Shown: piece after piece, positions 10,269 through 20,200 of the stretch
Layout of the letters: each line of letters begins with the position of its first letter
Numbering within the stretch: the stretch's first letter is position 1
Source of the DNA: Candidatus Latescibacterota bacterium
GTDB taxonomy: Bacteria > Latescibacterota > UBA2968 > GCA-2709665
Reading direction: 5' to 3'
Assembly: GCA_965205485.1 (NCBI GenBank)
Contig: OZ242180.1
Coordinates: 4,352,001-4,416,000 of the forward strand
Length of the DNA: 64,000 bases
Translations under genes and position numbers: made by a program
The notes under the pieces: generated by a model
Told to the model about the DNA's origin: nothing
Database searches by the model: none
Seen by the model: the letters and a program-made list of their open reading frames with translations, nothing else

Positions 10269-11435
10269 ATGTCCACAAAAGTCCGGAGATCCAGCAACCT
10301 GGTCTTTTTCTTTCTGATCCTGGCCCTGTCGCTTTCTGCAACCGAGTCAGGCGCCGCGGAGAACCTGTCGAGACTGCGGGTCGACGGACACAGAATCGTC
10401 AGCGCAACCGCCGCCGACGCGGACTTCGACGGCGGCGGGAAGGTGGACCTTTCGGACTTTCTTCTTTTTGCGGAAGCCTACGGTTCGTCCAGGGTCGAAT
10501 ACGATCTCGACGACAGCGGCAGCGTGGATTTCGCCGACTTTCTGGCGTTTGCGGACGTATACGGCCAGAACGTGGACGCGGTGCTGCGCGGCGTGGCCGT
10601 GATCGATCCGTTCTTCCTGCACGCCTCAACCCGCCGCGGAATGGAATCCCTCGACGTCCTGGCAAACGACTGGAACGTGGACGTCATCCGGGTCCCCATT
10701 CATCCGGACCTCTGGGATCGGTACCGGGACTACCTCCCCGCTTTCGTGGATCCGATCGTGGACTGGGGACAGCGGCGCGGCGTCTATATCTTTCTTGGCT
10801 GGCACGCGCACGGGAACCCGCTCACGGGTCAGACGGAACACCCCGAATGGGGGTACGTACACCCCTGGCGTGGAAATCCGTACAACCCCGACCTGTCGCT
10901 GGCGATGGAGGCGCTCGATTCAATCGTCCGGAGGTACCGCGATCTGCCGCACGTCATCTACGGCACGTTCAACGAACCCGCGTTCATCACATGGAATGCG
11001 TGGCGCCCGGTCGCCGAATCGCTCGTGGACGTCATCCACGACGTGGATCCCCGGGCGCTCGTCCTCGTTTCGGGCATCGACTGGGGGTACGACCTCAGCG
11101 GCGCCCTGGACGACCCCGTGGACCGTCCCAACGTCGTGTACGAAACCCATCCTTACCCCTGGAAAGGCGAAGCGTGGAAGGGCGTTCTCTTCAACCTGGA
11201 TAAAACCGAAGCGGTCTTCCTGGGTGAATGGGGCTACGGTCATTCGGAAGACCCCGGAAGAATCAGGCAGGAATACGCCATGCCGCTGGTCGACTTCTGC
11301 GAGACCCGGAATATCGGATGGACCGCCTGGATCTGGCACGACGAGTGGACGCCATCGATGTTGACTTCCTTCAGGACCTTCGACACGACCGACTTCGGCG
11401 ACTTCGTAAAGGTTGTACTCAACAACGGACAATGA
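10269..11435 (+). CDS. Secreted glycoside hydrolase family 5 (cellulase family) with an inserted dockerin-like EF-hand pair
   Basis: Signal peptide; LRVDGHRIV...VLRGV; IRVPIHP; acid/base FNEP; YETHPY; nucleophile LGEWG; GWTAW. Insert DFDGGGKVDLSDFLLF...DLDDSGSVDFADFLAF. Confidence 0.88.
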   Translation: MSTKVRRSSNLVFFFLILALSLSATESGAAENLSRLRVDGHRIVSATAADADFDGGGKVDLSDFLLFAEAYGSSRVEYDLDDSGSVDFADFLAFADVYGQNVDAVLRGVAVIDPFFLHASTRRGMESLDVLANDWNVDVIRVPIHPDLWDRYRDYLPAFVDPIVDWGQRRGVYIFLGWHAHGNPLTGQTEHPEWGYVHPWRGNPYNPDLSLAMEALDSIVRRYRDLPHVIYGTFNEPAFITWNAWRPVAESLVDVIHDVDPRALVLVSGIDWGYDLSGALDDPVDRPNVVYETHPYPWKGEAWKGVLFNLDKTEAVFLGEWGYGHSEDPGRIRQEYAMPLVDFCETRNIGWTAWIWHDEWTPSMLTSFRTFDTTDFGDFVKVVLNNGQ

Positions 11436-11472
11436 ATGACGGCACGGCCGCACTGAAGAGGAGGGGCTGTAG

Positions 11473-12516
11473 ATGGATCAGAATCTCCCCGACACGTCCT
11501 CCTGGGGCGATCCCGACTGGGGCATCAGGGTACCGCCGCGCGAGGGCCGGGGCATTTTCCTCCCGGACTGTCTCGTGGGCAGGCCGGGCGCCGTTCCGGA
11601 CCTGGCGCCGCCCAACCACGGCCTGGCGCAGCGCGGATCGGTCGTTGACCCGAAGACCCCAGAATTCGACTTCGGCATCGTTCAGAAGACCGAGGTCTGG
11701 GCCGAGAACATCGCCGAACTGGTCGAACAGGCCAAACAGGGCCAGTGGAACGCAACGACGGACATCCCCTGGCGCGACCTGCCCGAGCTCGAGGATGACC
11801 TGGAACGCGCGGTCTGCCAGGTGTGCACGTTCATGATCCAGAACGAGTACCTGGCCCTGTACCTGCCCGCCAAGTTCATCGGCCGCATCGACCCGTGTTT
11901 TTCCGAAGTCATCCTGTTTCTCTCCAGCCAGGTGATGGACGAGGCCAGGCACGTGGAAGTCTTCACCAAGCGCGCGCTGGCCAACGGCGGCGGGCTGCAG
12001 TACGTCTCCTCGGCCACGGAATGGTCCCTGCAGAGCCTGCTCGCCCAGGAGGACTTCACGGACGCCTCGTTCCTCCTCCACGTCCTGGGCGAAGGCACGT
12101 TCATGGAACTGCTCAGGTTTCTGGAGGAGGTGTCGCCGGACCCCGTTACCGCGCGGGTCTTCAAACTCGCCCGGCAGGACGAGGGCCGCCACGTCGGCTA
12201 CGGCCTCTCCCACATCGGATATCACGTCCAGCAGCGGCCGGAGGTCATCAGCCGGCTCGCACAGGCCGCCGAAAAACGTACCGCCTTCCTGCAGCAGGTA
12301 TCGGGCGCCAGCCCCTTCGTGCTGAATGCGATGATGATCCTCGCGGGCGGCGGGTCCTCGCCCGATCAGATCGAGAAGGGCCGTTCCCTGGTGCGCGACC
12401 TCTACAGTACAATGCACAACAAACGTATTCAGGAACTGGTGCAGGTGGGCTTCGACGAAGAGACCGCCGCCCGAATCTCCGAGCTCCACGGCAGCGGCGT
12501 CAGGAACTTCATGTAA
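11473..12516 (+). CDS. Ferritin-like di-iron carboxylate protein
   Basis: Paired E...ExxH motifs: QNE...DEARH and LGE...DEGRH. Confidence 0.75.
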   Translation: MDQNLPDTSSWGDPDWGIRVPPREGRGIFLPDCLVGRPGAVPDLAPPNHGLAQRGSVVDPKTPEFDFGIVQKTEVWAENIAELVEQAKQGQWNATTDIPWRDLPELEDDLERAVCQVCTFMIQNEYLALYLPAKFIGRIDPCFSEVILFLSSQVMDEARHVEVFTKRALANGGGLQYVSSATEWSLQSLLAQEDFTDASFLLHVLGEGTFMELLRFLEEVSPDPVTARVFKLARQDEGRHVGYGLSHIGYHVQQRPEVISRLAQAAEKRTAFLQQVSGASPFVLNAMMILAGGGSSPDQIEKGRSLVRDLYSTMHNKRIQELVQVGFDEETAARISELHGSGVRNFM

Positions 12517-12548
12517 ACGCAGGGGACGGCGTATTCTGAAGGGTTTCC

Positions 12549-12920
12549 ATGGGCGTTATACACCGGTTTACAGGCGAGCGAGGCAACTACGCCTGGGAAG
12601 GCGTCGAAGTCGAGACCTACGACAGGGGCGGCGCGGTGGGCGGCAGTAAACAGGTCGTCATCGGCAAGCGGGATGGGGCCGTGAACTTCGGCATGCGGTA
12701 CTACGAAGTCGCGCCCGGCGGGCAGACCTCGTTCGACCGCCACGACCACGACCACGGCGTCTACGTCCTCCAGGGCACCGCCCGTCTGCTGATGGGATGG
12801 GAGGTCTTCGACATCGGCCCCGGCGACGTCGTCTACATTCCTCCGAACGAGCAGCATCAGTTCGAAAACACCGGCGACGAACCCCTGAGCTTCCTTTGCG
12901 CCGTGCCGCCGAGAGACTGA
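12549..12920 (+). CDS. Cupin domain protein
   Basis: GQTSFDRHDHDHGVYVLQG and PGDVVYIPPNEQHQFEN cupin motifs. Confidence 0.9.
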   Translation: MGVIHRFTGERGNYAWEGVEVETYDRGGAVGGSKQVVIGKRDGAVNFGMRYYEVAPGGQTSFDRHDHDHGVYVLQGTARLLMGWEVFDIGPGDVVYIPPNEQHQFENTGDEPLSFLCAVPPRD

Positions 12921-13026
12921 CTTCGATACGCGAATAGCCACGGTTTAGTAGGCCGCCACACTGAAAACGAGCGTCCTGCGACCGAAGGTTATCTGCCCAC
13001 TTCCAAGGCATGATCCACCCATTTCC

Positions 13027-13175
13027 GGAGCGAGGGCATCCTGCCCTCGAACTTCGTGTCACCAATCACTACTTCAATCAAGGGCATATTGTTTTCTTTG
13101 CATTCGAAATCATATTGAAAATGCCGGCGCCAAAGCCTCGCGATTCAGCCTTCGAGGGCAGGATGCCCTCGCTCC
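13027..13175. repeat. REP doublet / MITE-like element with perfect 25-bp inverted repeats
   Basis: GGAGCGAGGGCATCCTGCCCTCGAA (13027-13051) and its exact reverse complement (13151-13175); each arm is itself a short hairpin; AT-rich spacer. Confidence 0.85.
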
Positions 13176-13319
13176 CAGGAACGTCGATCGGTCCAACTGC
13201 TCCACTGCAAATCTTCAGGTTCGATGCACATCCCCCATTACGGAGATCCGGTCGATTCGATTGACAATTCCTGGGAAGTGATCCTGGTCGCAAATGAACC
13301 TGCGAAAAACCGTAATCTC

Positions 13320-13348
13320 TTGACAAAACGGGCCAATTTGGGTAGATT
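13320..13348 (+). promoter_or_regulatory. Sigma70-type promoter of tRNA-Glu
   Basis: TTGACA (13320-13325), 17 bp, TAGATT (13343-13348), ending 20 nt upstream of the tRNA. Confidence 0.75.
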
Positions 13349-13367
13349 TCGCCCGCTCTGACAAGGT

Positions 13368-13443
13368 GACCCCGTCGTTCAGTGGCCTAGGACACCAGGT
13401 TCTCACCCTGGAAACGGGGGTTCGACTCCCCTCGGGGTCACCA
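13368..13443 (+). tRNA. tRNA-Glu (anticodon CTC)
   Basis: 76 nt; acceptor GACCCCG/CGGGGTC-A-CCA; anticodon arm CCAGG-TTCTCAC-CCTGG; T-loop GGTTCGACTCC. Confidence 0.96.
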
Positions 13444-13462
13444 AAAATAAACCGCATACAAA

Positions 13463-13496
13463 AACGCCCTGCTGACATCTACGTCGGCAGGGTGTT
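13463..13496 (+). terminator. Stem-loop after tRNA-Glu, probable terminator
   Basis: AACGCCCTGCTGAC / GTCGGCAGGGTGTT stem with an A-tract upstream; weak U-tail. Confidence 0.6.
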
Positions 13497-13608
13497 GTCC
13501 TTGGCACCTTTCCGCAACACTTTCGCGCACGATGCAGACGTTAATCCCGGATGTCTGCAGAGGGATTCAGTACACGTGTCTGAGTCGTCCACAACGACTT
13601 CCTCCACA

Positions 13609-14328
13609 ATGCGCTACTTGCGGTCCAGTGCGATCTCACTCGTGCTGCTGATCGCCTTATTCAACGGCGGTTGCTCTGGGGATCCGAACGGTCCGTCGGA
13701 CGTGCTTGAATTCACCTTCGATTTCAATCGCGGTCCCCAGGGATTCGTTGCCGGCTTCGCCGATTACCCTCCGGCACGCGAGGATATATTTGAACTGACC
13801 TCCGAACACCGGCCGCTCCCTTCTCCGCTGGATTCCCGTTCGGCGCTCTACATTTCGGGAGTCAACCGCAGCGACGATCTGTTCATGTTCTTCAAGGGAC
13901 CGATCGAAGGCCTGTCGCCCGGACAGACATACGGCGTCACCGTCAGCCTCGAAATCGCAACCAAAACGCCCGCAGGCTGCGTCGGCGTCGGCGGCGCACC
14001 GGGCGAAAGCGTCTGGATCAAAGCCGGTGTGACGGCAACGGAACCGCTCGCTGTCCTCAGCGGCTCTTACCTCAGGATGAACATCGACATCGGAAACCAG
14101 TCGTCCGGCGGCGATCAGGTCGTGGTGCTAGGCAACGTCGCCAACTCCCGAAGCTGTGAGCAGCCGAGCCGGTGGGAACGTAAGTCCTACCCTCCCCGAA
14201 CGACTCCCGCCCCGGTCTCGATCCCTCCGGACGGCCGCGCCTGGCTGTGTTTGGGCGTCGATTCGGGCTTCGAGTCCAAGACAGAGATCTACTTCACCAG
14301 CGCGTCGGTGACCTTCACGCCAATGTAA
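13609..14328 (+). CDS. Putative lipoprotein of unknown function
   Basis: MRYLRSSAISLVLLIALFNGGC lipobox-like signal; the longer ORF start at 13366 overlaps the tRNA and is rejected. Confidence 0.75.
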   Translation: MRYLRSSAISLVLLIALFNGGCSGDPNGPSDVLEFTFDFNRGPQGFVAGFADYPPAREDIFELTSEHRPLPSPLDSRSALYISGVNRSDDLFMFFKGPIEGLSPGQTYGVTVSLEIATKTPAGCVGVGGAPGESVWIKAGVTATEPLAVLSGSYLRMNIDIGNQSSGGDQVVVLGNVANSRSCEQPSRWERKSYPPRTTPAPVSIPPDGRAWLCLGVDSGFESKTEIYFTSASVTFTPM

Positions 14329-14406
14329 GCCGTGGTTGCCGACGACGAACTTGTGCGCGGACACATCAACTGCCTGGCGGTCTCGCCAACAGGACGGAAT
14401 CCACGA

Positions 14407-14850
14407 TTATCGACAGTACGAACACTTTCCCGCCACGCCGGCGTTCCTCAACACGCCACAGTTCTGTGCGAGCCTGGCGCGTAATTTCGTCCTCGCTTCC
14501 TCATTCTGCACTTTTTTAAGCGCGCAGCAGCCCCCGAACGCGGCCAGACGATAGAACTGCGCATGGTCATTGACCGCAAATCCACTCCGGTATCTCTCGC
14601 CGCAGACGGCCTCCATATTCTGGAGTGCCTTTTGCATCCGGTCCACCGAGGGCGTCGCCTGCGACTGCGACGGCGCGCCGGAAGTCGCCGGCGTTCATGC
14701 TGGATGATCCCCTCCTGCCGTCACGTTCAGGCAGTCCGAAAGGGCCTGTTCCGCAACCTGCGAGCGTACGTGCCAGCCATGCGCGCAATCACACGGCGCC
14801 GTACGGCACACCCAAAAGGGCGGCGGCCTTCGGCCATTCCGGCGGCTTAG
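14407..14850 (-). pseudogene. Degenerate orphan copy of the C-terminal region of the ankyrin protein at 29121-31913
   Basis: EWPKAAALLGV.., VAEQALSDCLNVT..*..SQSQATPSVDRMQKALQNMEAVCGERYRSGFAVNDHAQFY...LAQNCGVL...GKCSYCR aligns by eye with TEQALADWINVMT...DQMQQAIQNLERICGEKYRSGFAANDHARFYC...GKCTYCQ; has internal stops and a frameshift. Confidence 0.85.
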
Positions 14851-14956
14851 TGGTAGTCGTCGCGGAATGACAAAGATCTGACACGCCGCACTGAATTTCC
14901 GGTGTCTTCGCTCAGGGAAGGGTTCCCATCTGAGAGTGTGCATGATGGCTAACTCG

Positions 14957-17266
14957 CTATCGTGCAACGTAGAACCGAACACCGTCGCGAACGCCGCGGG
15001 AATCAACTACCTCCAGGTCCTGTACGCCCGGCGCCAGCGCCACCGGGAGGCGGTGGCGGTCTACGGTACGGCCCAGGTACCGGCTATTGACATACCAAAA
15101 TATCACACGCTTCCGGTCGGTATGAGCCGCCCGCAGCACGATTTTCTGCCGGACCCCATTAAGATCCCGACCAACCTGAAGACGTGAGTCAGACGTTGGA
15201 TACACCAGTTGAAGGGGTCTGGTCGCTGGCTGCCCGGGGCAGTTCGCATTGTGGGGCGGGGGATCTTGAAGTACTTGACCCCGTGCCCGCAGATATTGCA
15301 CGACGTCTGAAGGATAGACCGTTTGTCGAGCCAGTTTGTAGTCGCCCTGCTTCCAGCACAACGAACACACCTGACGGTTTCCAATTCGGTTAAGCACAAT
15401 GCTGCGATGATACGAACAGCGCTCCATTGGCCGCCCGTGCCGGGTCGCTCGAGCTTGTATTGGCCGGGAGCAATAGGGGTTGACGGGCCTGCCACTGTCA
15501 ACACAGAGCGTCACGGTAGACAGTTCGGCGTCCGGCCGCGCAAACCAGGCCCGATCGAGGTCTTTAGGCACGCGGTTGAAAATGTCGAAGAGCAATGGAC
15601 CGGCGGTTTGCGCGCCGCTCATGGCTGGATTTCCCTCTCCAGAGAAGTTGCCAACCCAGACGGCGATAGTCCATTGGGGATTCACGCCGAGCGCCCACGC
15701 GTCGCGCCGGCCGTAGCTGGTTCCGGTCTTCCATGCAAGCGGCCATTGTTCCCTGTAATGCCGCCAGTAATACTCAACTCCGGGGCGCCGCACCTTTCGC
15801 AGTGCCTCAAGTGCTAAAAATGCGGCACCTTCGCTAAAGAGGGATGCGGGTGGCGTAACCGGTTTCTGCTCCTGCAGGTATCGCAGGGACTCATTCCGAC
15901 CGCCCCGACCGAGACTCCGGAAGAGCCTGGCCATATCCCAAAGTGTGACTTCGGCGCCGCCCAGAATGAGGGGAAGGCCGTAATCGTCGGCCCGGCGTAC
16001 GAGTGTCGATAAGCCCGCGTCGTGGAGGAAGCGGTGGAAATTGAACACCCCGTAGCGCCGCAAGAGACGTACGGCCGGTACGTTGAGCGATTTCACAAGG
16101 GCATCATCAGCACGAACCAGGCCTTCGTAGGCTTCATCCGCGTTGCTCGGAGAAAAGCCACGAAAGAAGGTGGGTACGTCCTTGACCAGGGTCTGAGGAA
16201 GAATAAGGCCCTCGTCGATGCTGCGCGCGTAGAGAAAGGGCTTTAGCAGCGATCCTGAAGAACGCGGCGCGATTACGCCGTCCACCTGTCCCTCGTGTTC
16301 AGCGCTAAAGAAGCCCCGCGATCCCACGTACGCCCGAACGTTGCCGCTGCCGGTCTCAGCAAGCAGCGCGGCGCCATTGCCAATGCCGAGGTGTTCAAGG
16401 CCCTCCAGGTATCTGTCGACGGTCGCTTCGAGCCCGCGCTGCAGTTCCGCGTCGATGGTCGTTGTGATTCGGCGGCCCGGATGGTCTCTCTTGACAAGAC
16501 GGCACAGGTGCGGCGCCAACACTGAAAACGCGTGGACACGAGTCGGCACCGGTTCGGCCCGGGCGAGGTTGAGGGTCTCGGTGTCGAAATAGCCGGCGCT
16601 TTGGAGTTCTGCGAGTAGCCGGTTGCGCTTTTTCAACAGCCTCCGGGGATCGGCGGTAGGAGAAACGAGACCGGGTGCGTTGGGCAGCACGGCTAGCGCA
16701 GCGGCCTCGCTCCAGGTCAGTTCATCCGGCGGTTTGCGGAAGTACCTGCGTGTCGCGGCTTGGTAGCCCACGATGTTGCCGCCGTACGGCGCGTGATCCA
16801 GGTAGAGACGCAATATCTCGTCTTTGGTGCGGTACCGTTCGATCTTGAGGGCCAGCAGCGTCTCGAGCGCTTTGTTGACATAGGTGCGTGGTTTGGGCCG
16901 CATCAGCCGGGCGACCTGCATGGTAAGTGTACTGGCGCCGCTCTTGACCGACCACGCCACGGTGTTTTGATAGACGGCACGGGCGAGCGCGAACGGGTCG
17001 ACGCCCGGATGGCTGTCGAAGCGCCTGTCCTCGAAGTGAAGCACGGCCGCACGCAGTTTGACGGGAATCGGCAGGCTGGAGTCCGGAGGGAAGCACCACT
17101 GCTGGCGGCCGTTGAGAAATGCCCGTAGTAGCTGTCCGTTCCGGTCCAGAACCAGGGTGCTGTAGTCCGGCTCGAACAACGGACGCGGCGGAGGAACCAG
17201 GAAATACACTGCCGTACATGCCGTCGCGGTGTAGACGAAATACAACATGCGCGTTTTGAAGGCCAT
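14957..17266 (-). CDS. pbpC: Penicillin-binding protein 1C
   Basis: Transglycosylase motifs EDRRF, GASTLTMQVAR; transpeptidase GSLLKP, SLN, KTGTS; directly downstream of alpha-2-macroglobulin. Confidence 0.93.
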   Translation of the reverse strand: MAFKTRMLYFVYTATACTAVYFLVPPPRPLFEPDYSTLVLDRNGQLLRAFLNGRQQWCFPPDSSLPIPVKLRAAVLHFEDRRFDSHPGVDPFALARAVYQNTVAWSVKSGASTLTMQVARLMRPKPRTYVNKALETLLALKIERYRTKDEILRLYLDHAPYGGNIVGYQAATRRYFRKPPDELTWSEAAALAVLPNAPGLVSPTADPRRLLKKRNRLLAELQSAGYFDTETLNLARAEPVPTRVHAFSVLAPHLCRLVKRDHPGRRITTTIDAELQRGLEATVDRYLEGLEHLGIGNGAALLAETGSGNVRAYVGSRGFFSAEHEGQVDGVIAPRSSGSLLKPFLYARSIDEGLILPQTLVKDVPTFFRGFSPSNADEAYEGLVRADDALVKSLNVPAVRLLRRYGVFNFHRFLHDAGLSTLVRRADDYGLPLILGGAEVTLWDMARLFRSLGRGGRNESLRYLQEQKPVTPPASLFSEGAAFLALEALRKVRRPGVEYYWRHYREQWPLAWKTGTSYGRRDAWALGVNPQWTIAVWVGNFSGEGNPAMSGAQTAGPLLFDIFNRVPKDLDRAWFARPDAELSTVTLCVDSGRPVNPYCSRPIQARATRHGRPMERCSYHRSIVLNRIGNRQVCSLCWKQGDYKLARQTVYPSDVVQYLRARGQVLQDPPPHNANCPGQPATRPLQLVYPTSDSRLQVGRDLNGVRQKIVLRAAHTDRKRVIFWYVNSRYLGRTVDRHRLPVALAPGVQDLEVVDSRGVRDGVRFYVAR

Positions 17267-17292
17267 GACGTTTCCGTACGGAGGTGATACCG

Positions 17293-20200
17293 TTACCTGT
17301 GCGTTACAACGACGGCGCCGCCGGCCCTGCGAGCGCGGAAGTCCCGGTTATACATGGCTTCGACGTGTGTGGGCGGCAAGGTGAACGACCCTCGGGTCAC
17401 CGCATTGAGCTTGACAACGAAGTCGAGGGGAACGCCTCGGCGAGGCAAGTCGAAGAACCAGTTGACGCGGTCGTCGCGAACATCGAGGTAATCTTCGACG
17501 TTGAGGCGCCACTGATCCATCCATTCCGGACGGGCTTCCGTCGCCAACCGCGTGTTATCGATCTCCCATCCCGCCGGTAACAGCTGCGTAAGGGCGACCT
17601 CATCGAGGCGGCCTTCACCGGATTCGTTTTCAACGCGGAAGTGGCCCCAGAATGTGGCGCCCTGGGCCAGCGATCCAGGATCGATACGCGTTCCGTCTTC
17701 ATCGAGCCAATCTACGCTGAGACCGATATGTTGCGCTTCGTCCTGTCCAGAATCCTGCAGTGGAACCCCTTCCCAGTCGAGGGAGACGAAGGCCCTTGAC
17801 ACGGTATTGGTTGCCTTCAGGTGCACCTGAACCTCTTCGCCGAAACCGCTGGCGAGCTCCCACCGGAAACCCAGTCCCTCGAAATCGAAAGGCGCCGTGC
17901 CGCCTTCGGGCAAACGGACGTGGCCTGTGAGTGAAGCAGGTGTGCCGTTGCCCTGTTGCAGGGCGATTACGTACTTGCCCAGGGCCAGCAGCGCGACACC
18001 GGTCGTCTGGGTGGAATGCCAGTCGGCCTTTACGGCTCGGGCTACGTCTTTGGCGAGCGAGTCGGCCATGCTCCAGCGCTTTAAGGCAACCAGATTCTCC
18101 AGGATGAGTGCCCTGTCTCGCAGGTCAGACCCGTAGGTTCCGGCGAACTCGCTGTACTCTTCGACCGTGAGTCCCGTACTTCCCGCGATTTCCCTGGCTG
18201 TACGTTGGGTTCCAGCATGCAAGTAGGCGGTGGCCAATAGCCACCTGTCCGAATTCTCCATATTTAGCAGATCGTTCTCTTTGAGCAGATTCATCGCGCT
18301 GTGGGCGGGATTGCCGGCCAATGCCAGCAGATAAACCCGGTACGCGCGCACTTTCAGCGGGTCGCCGGTCGATGCGCTTTGGGATTGCTGGTAGCGAAGC
18401 CAGCTCTCGTACAGATCTTCAGGTACATGGTAACCCAATTTGCGTGCTTCGATCAGGAAATGACCGGCGTACACGCTGCCCCAGACTGAGGTATAGCGGT
18501 GGCCCGGCCACAGGCTGAAGGAACCATCCGGCAGGCTGAACCTTCGCAACCGGTTGATGGCGGCGTTGATTCGCTCGTCAATTTCGGCCGCAACTGCCTT
18601 ACGCTTTTCGAGCGGCAGGTCCACCAGATCCTTGAGGTAGAGCTGAGGAAAGACGGCAGAGACGGTTTGCTCAACGCATCCGTACGGATAACGCACCAGG
18701 CGATGCATCTGGTTTTCAAAGTTGAAATCCGGGCGGCGGCGCACACTGATCCAGGCCCTGTTCGTGCCGGGAAGCCCTCTGTCCGGAACGGCGAACGACA
18801 CCGACCCTCCCGGGACGATCTCTTGCTCTCGACTCTCGTACAATGGCGCTGAAGAGGGACGGACCTCAAGATGGGTTTCCCGAGTGGCCCGCGCCCCGGC
18901 AGCTACGGCCTCGACCACGATTGTCGCCGGCCCCACAGCGTCGTCAGCCTGAATCTCAAAGACAACGTCACGCTCCCCTCCACCGCTAAAGTCGACCCCA
19001 TGGCGAGCTTCGCCCAGAATTGTAAGCGGTCCCCACACGTTGATGGACACATCGACGCGACCGATACTGTCGGCCAAGGCATAAGCGGTGGCTGGTACCT
19101 GAATCCGGTCTCCCGGGCCGATGACCCGCGGCAGGCTCGAGACGACCATAAGGTCGTTCTTGACCTCGGTTGTCCTTTCCGCGTGGCCGAAGCTCTTGCC
19201 CCTTGCGCCAACGACCATCGTCCGCACCGCACCCACGTAGTTCGGCATCGTGAATGCCACACGCGCATGGCCCGATGCGTCGGTGCTCAGTGGACCGGCG
19301 AACATGGACACGGGTGGAAACCGGCGTCGCTTGCCGTAAGGTACAGGCTCTTCTGCAGCAAAACCGCCGCCGATGGAAAAGGTCTTGAATGGGTCGCCTT
19401 TGGGCACGCCGATGACGTGTGAAAACAGGTCGAACGTGCGCACCTGCAGGCTTTGCTTCTGAAAAAAGAACCCCCGCGGGTCCGGCGTGGGGAAGTCGGT
19501 CAGGGACAACAGACCCTCGTCGACGATGGCAATGGTGAACTCGACCGAATCGGCGATGCTGCTTTTTACCCCTACTTCAAAGCGTTCGCCAGGACGCAGC
19601 GTCTCAGGCAAGTCGACGTCAAAGTCCAGGTGCGTATCGACGTCAAAGACCGGGATCGGCAGCGTGCCGAACAGACGTATGGGCCGGTCATTGTCGGCCT
19701 GGCCGTGAGGCTGGATCAGGGATACGGACGCGTAGGCTGTTGGGACCATCTCGGCGGTCACGGGGAACGATATATCGGCTTCCTCGCGCGCGCCGTCCAG
19801 GAAGTGCCAGCGGGAATCCAGGACCCGCCTGCCCTGTTCGATGGAGAAGAGGACCGAGCCCTTCTTCGGCACGGGAAAGCGGATTCGCGCCCTTTCTCCA
19901 ACGCGGTAGCTCTTCCGGTCGGACTTCATCACCAGCGTGGCCTCACTGCCCTTACCCGCAAGCGAACGTCCCCAGGGAAATGCACGAATTAAACAGGATG
20001 CTGTATGGCCTTCGTCACCGTCTGTGACTTCAATGAGATATTCTCCCTCATCCTCAGGTTTAAGCAGCAGATCAATAGGTTCGTGCGTCGAGACGACCCG
20101 CTCCTCCAAAACGAGTTCGGTGCGTCGGTCGCTCTTGTATCGCCGTCGGAAGGCTTCGCGGTTCTCGTATTCCCACCACCAGTGCGTTATTCCCCGATAA

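Noticed and set aside
13420..13443. attL/attR duplication of the tRNA 3' end marking an integrated element
   Set aside because: No second copy of the tRNA 3' end and no integrase were found in the window.
13366..13608. N-terminal extension of ORF 13366-14328
   Set aside because: It overlaps tRNA-Glu and its hairpin; the lipoprotein signal starts at 13609.
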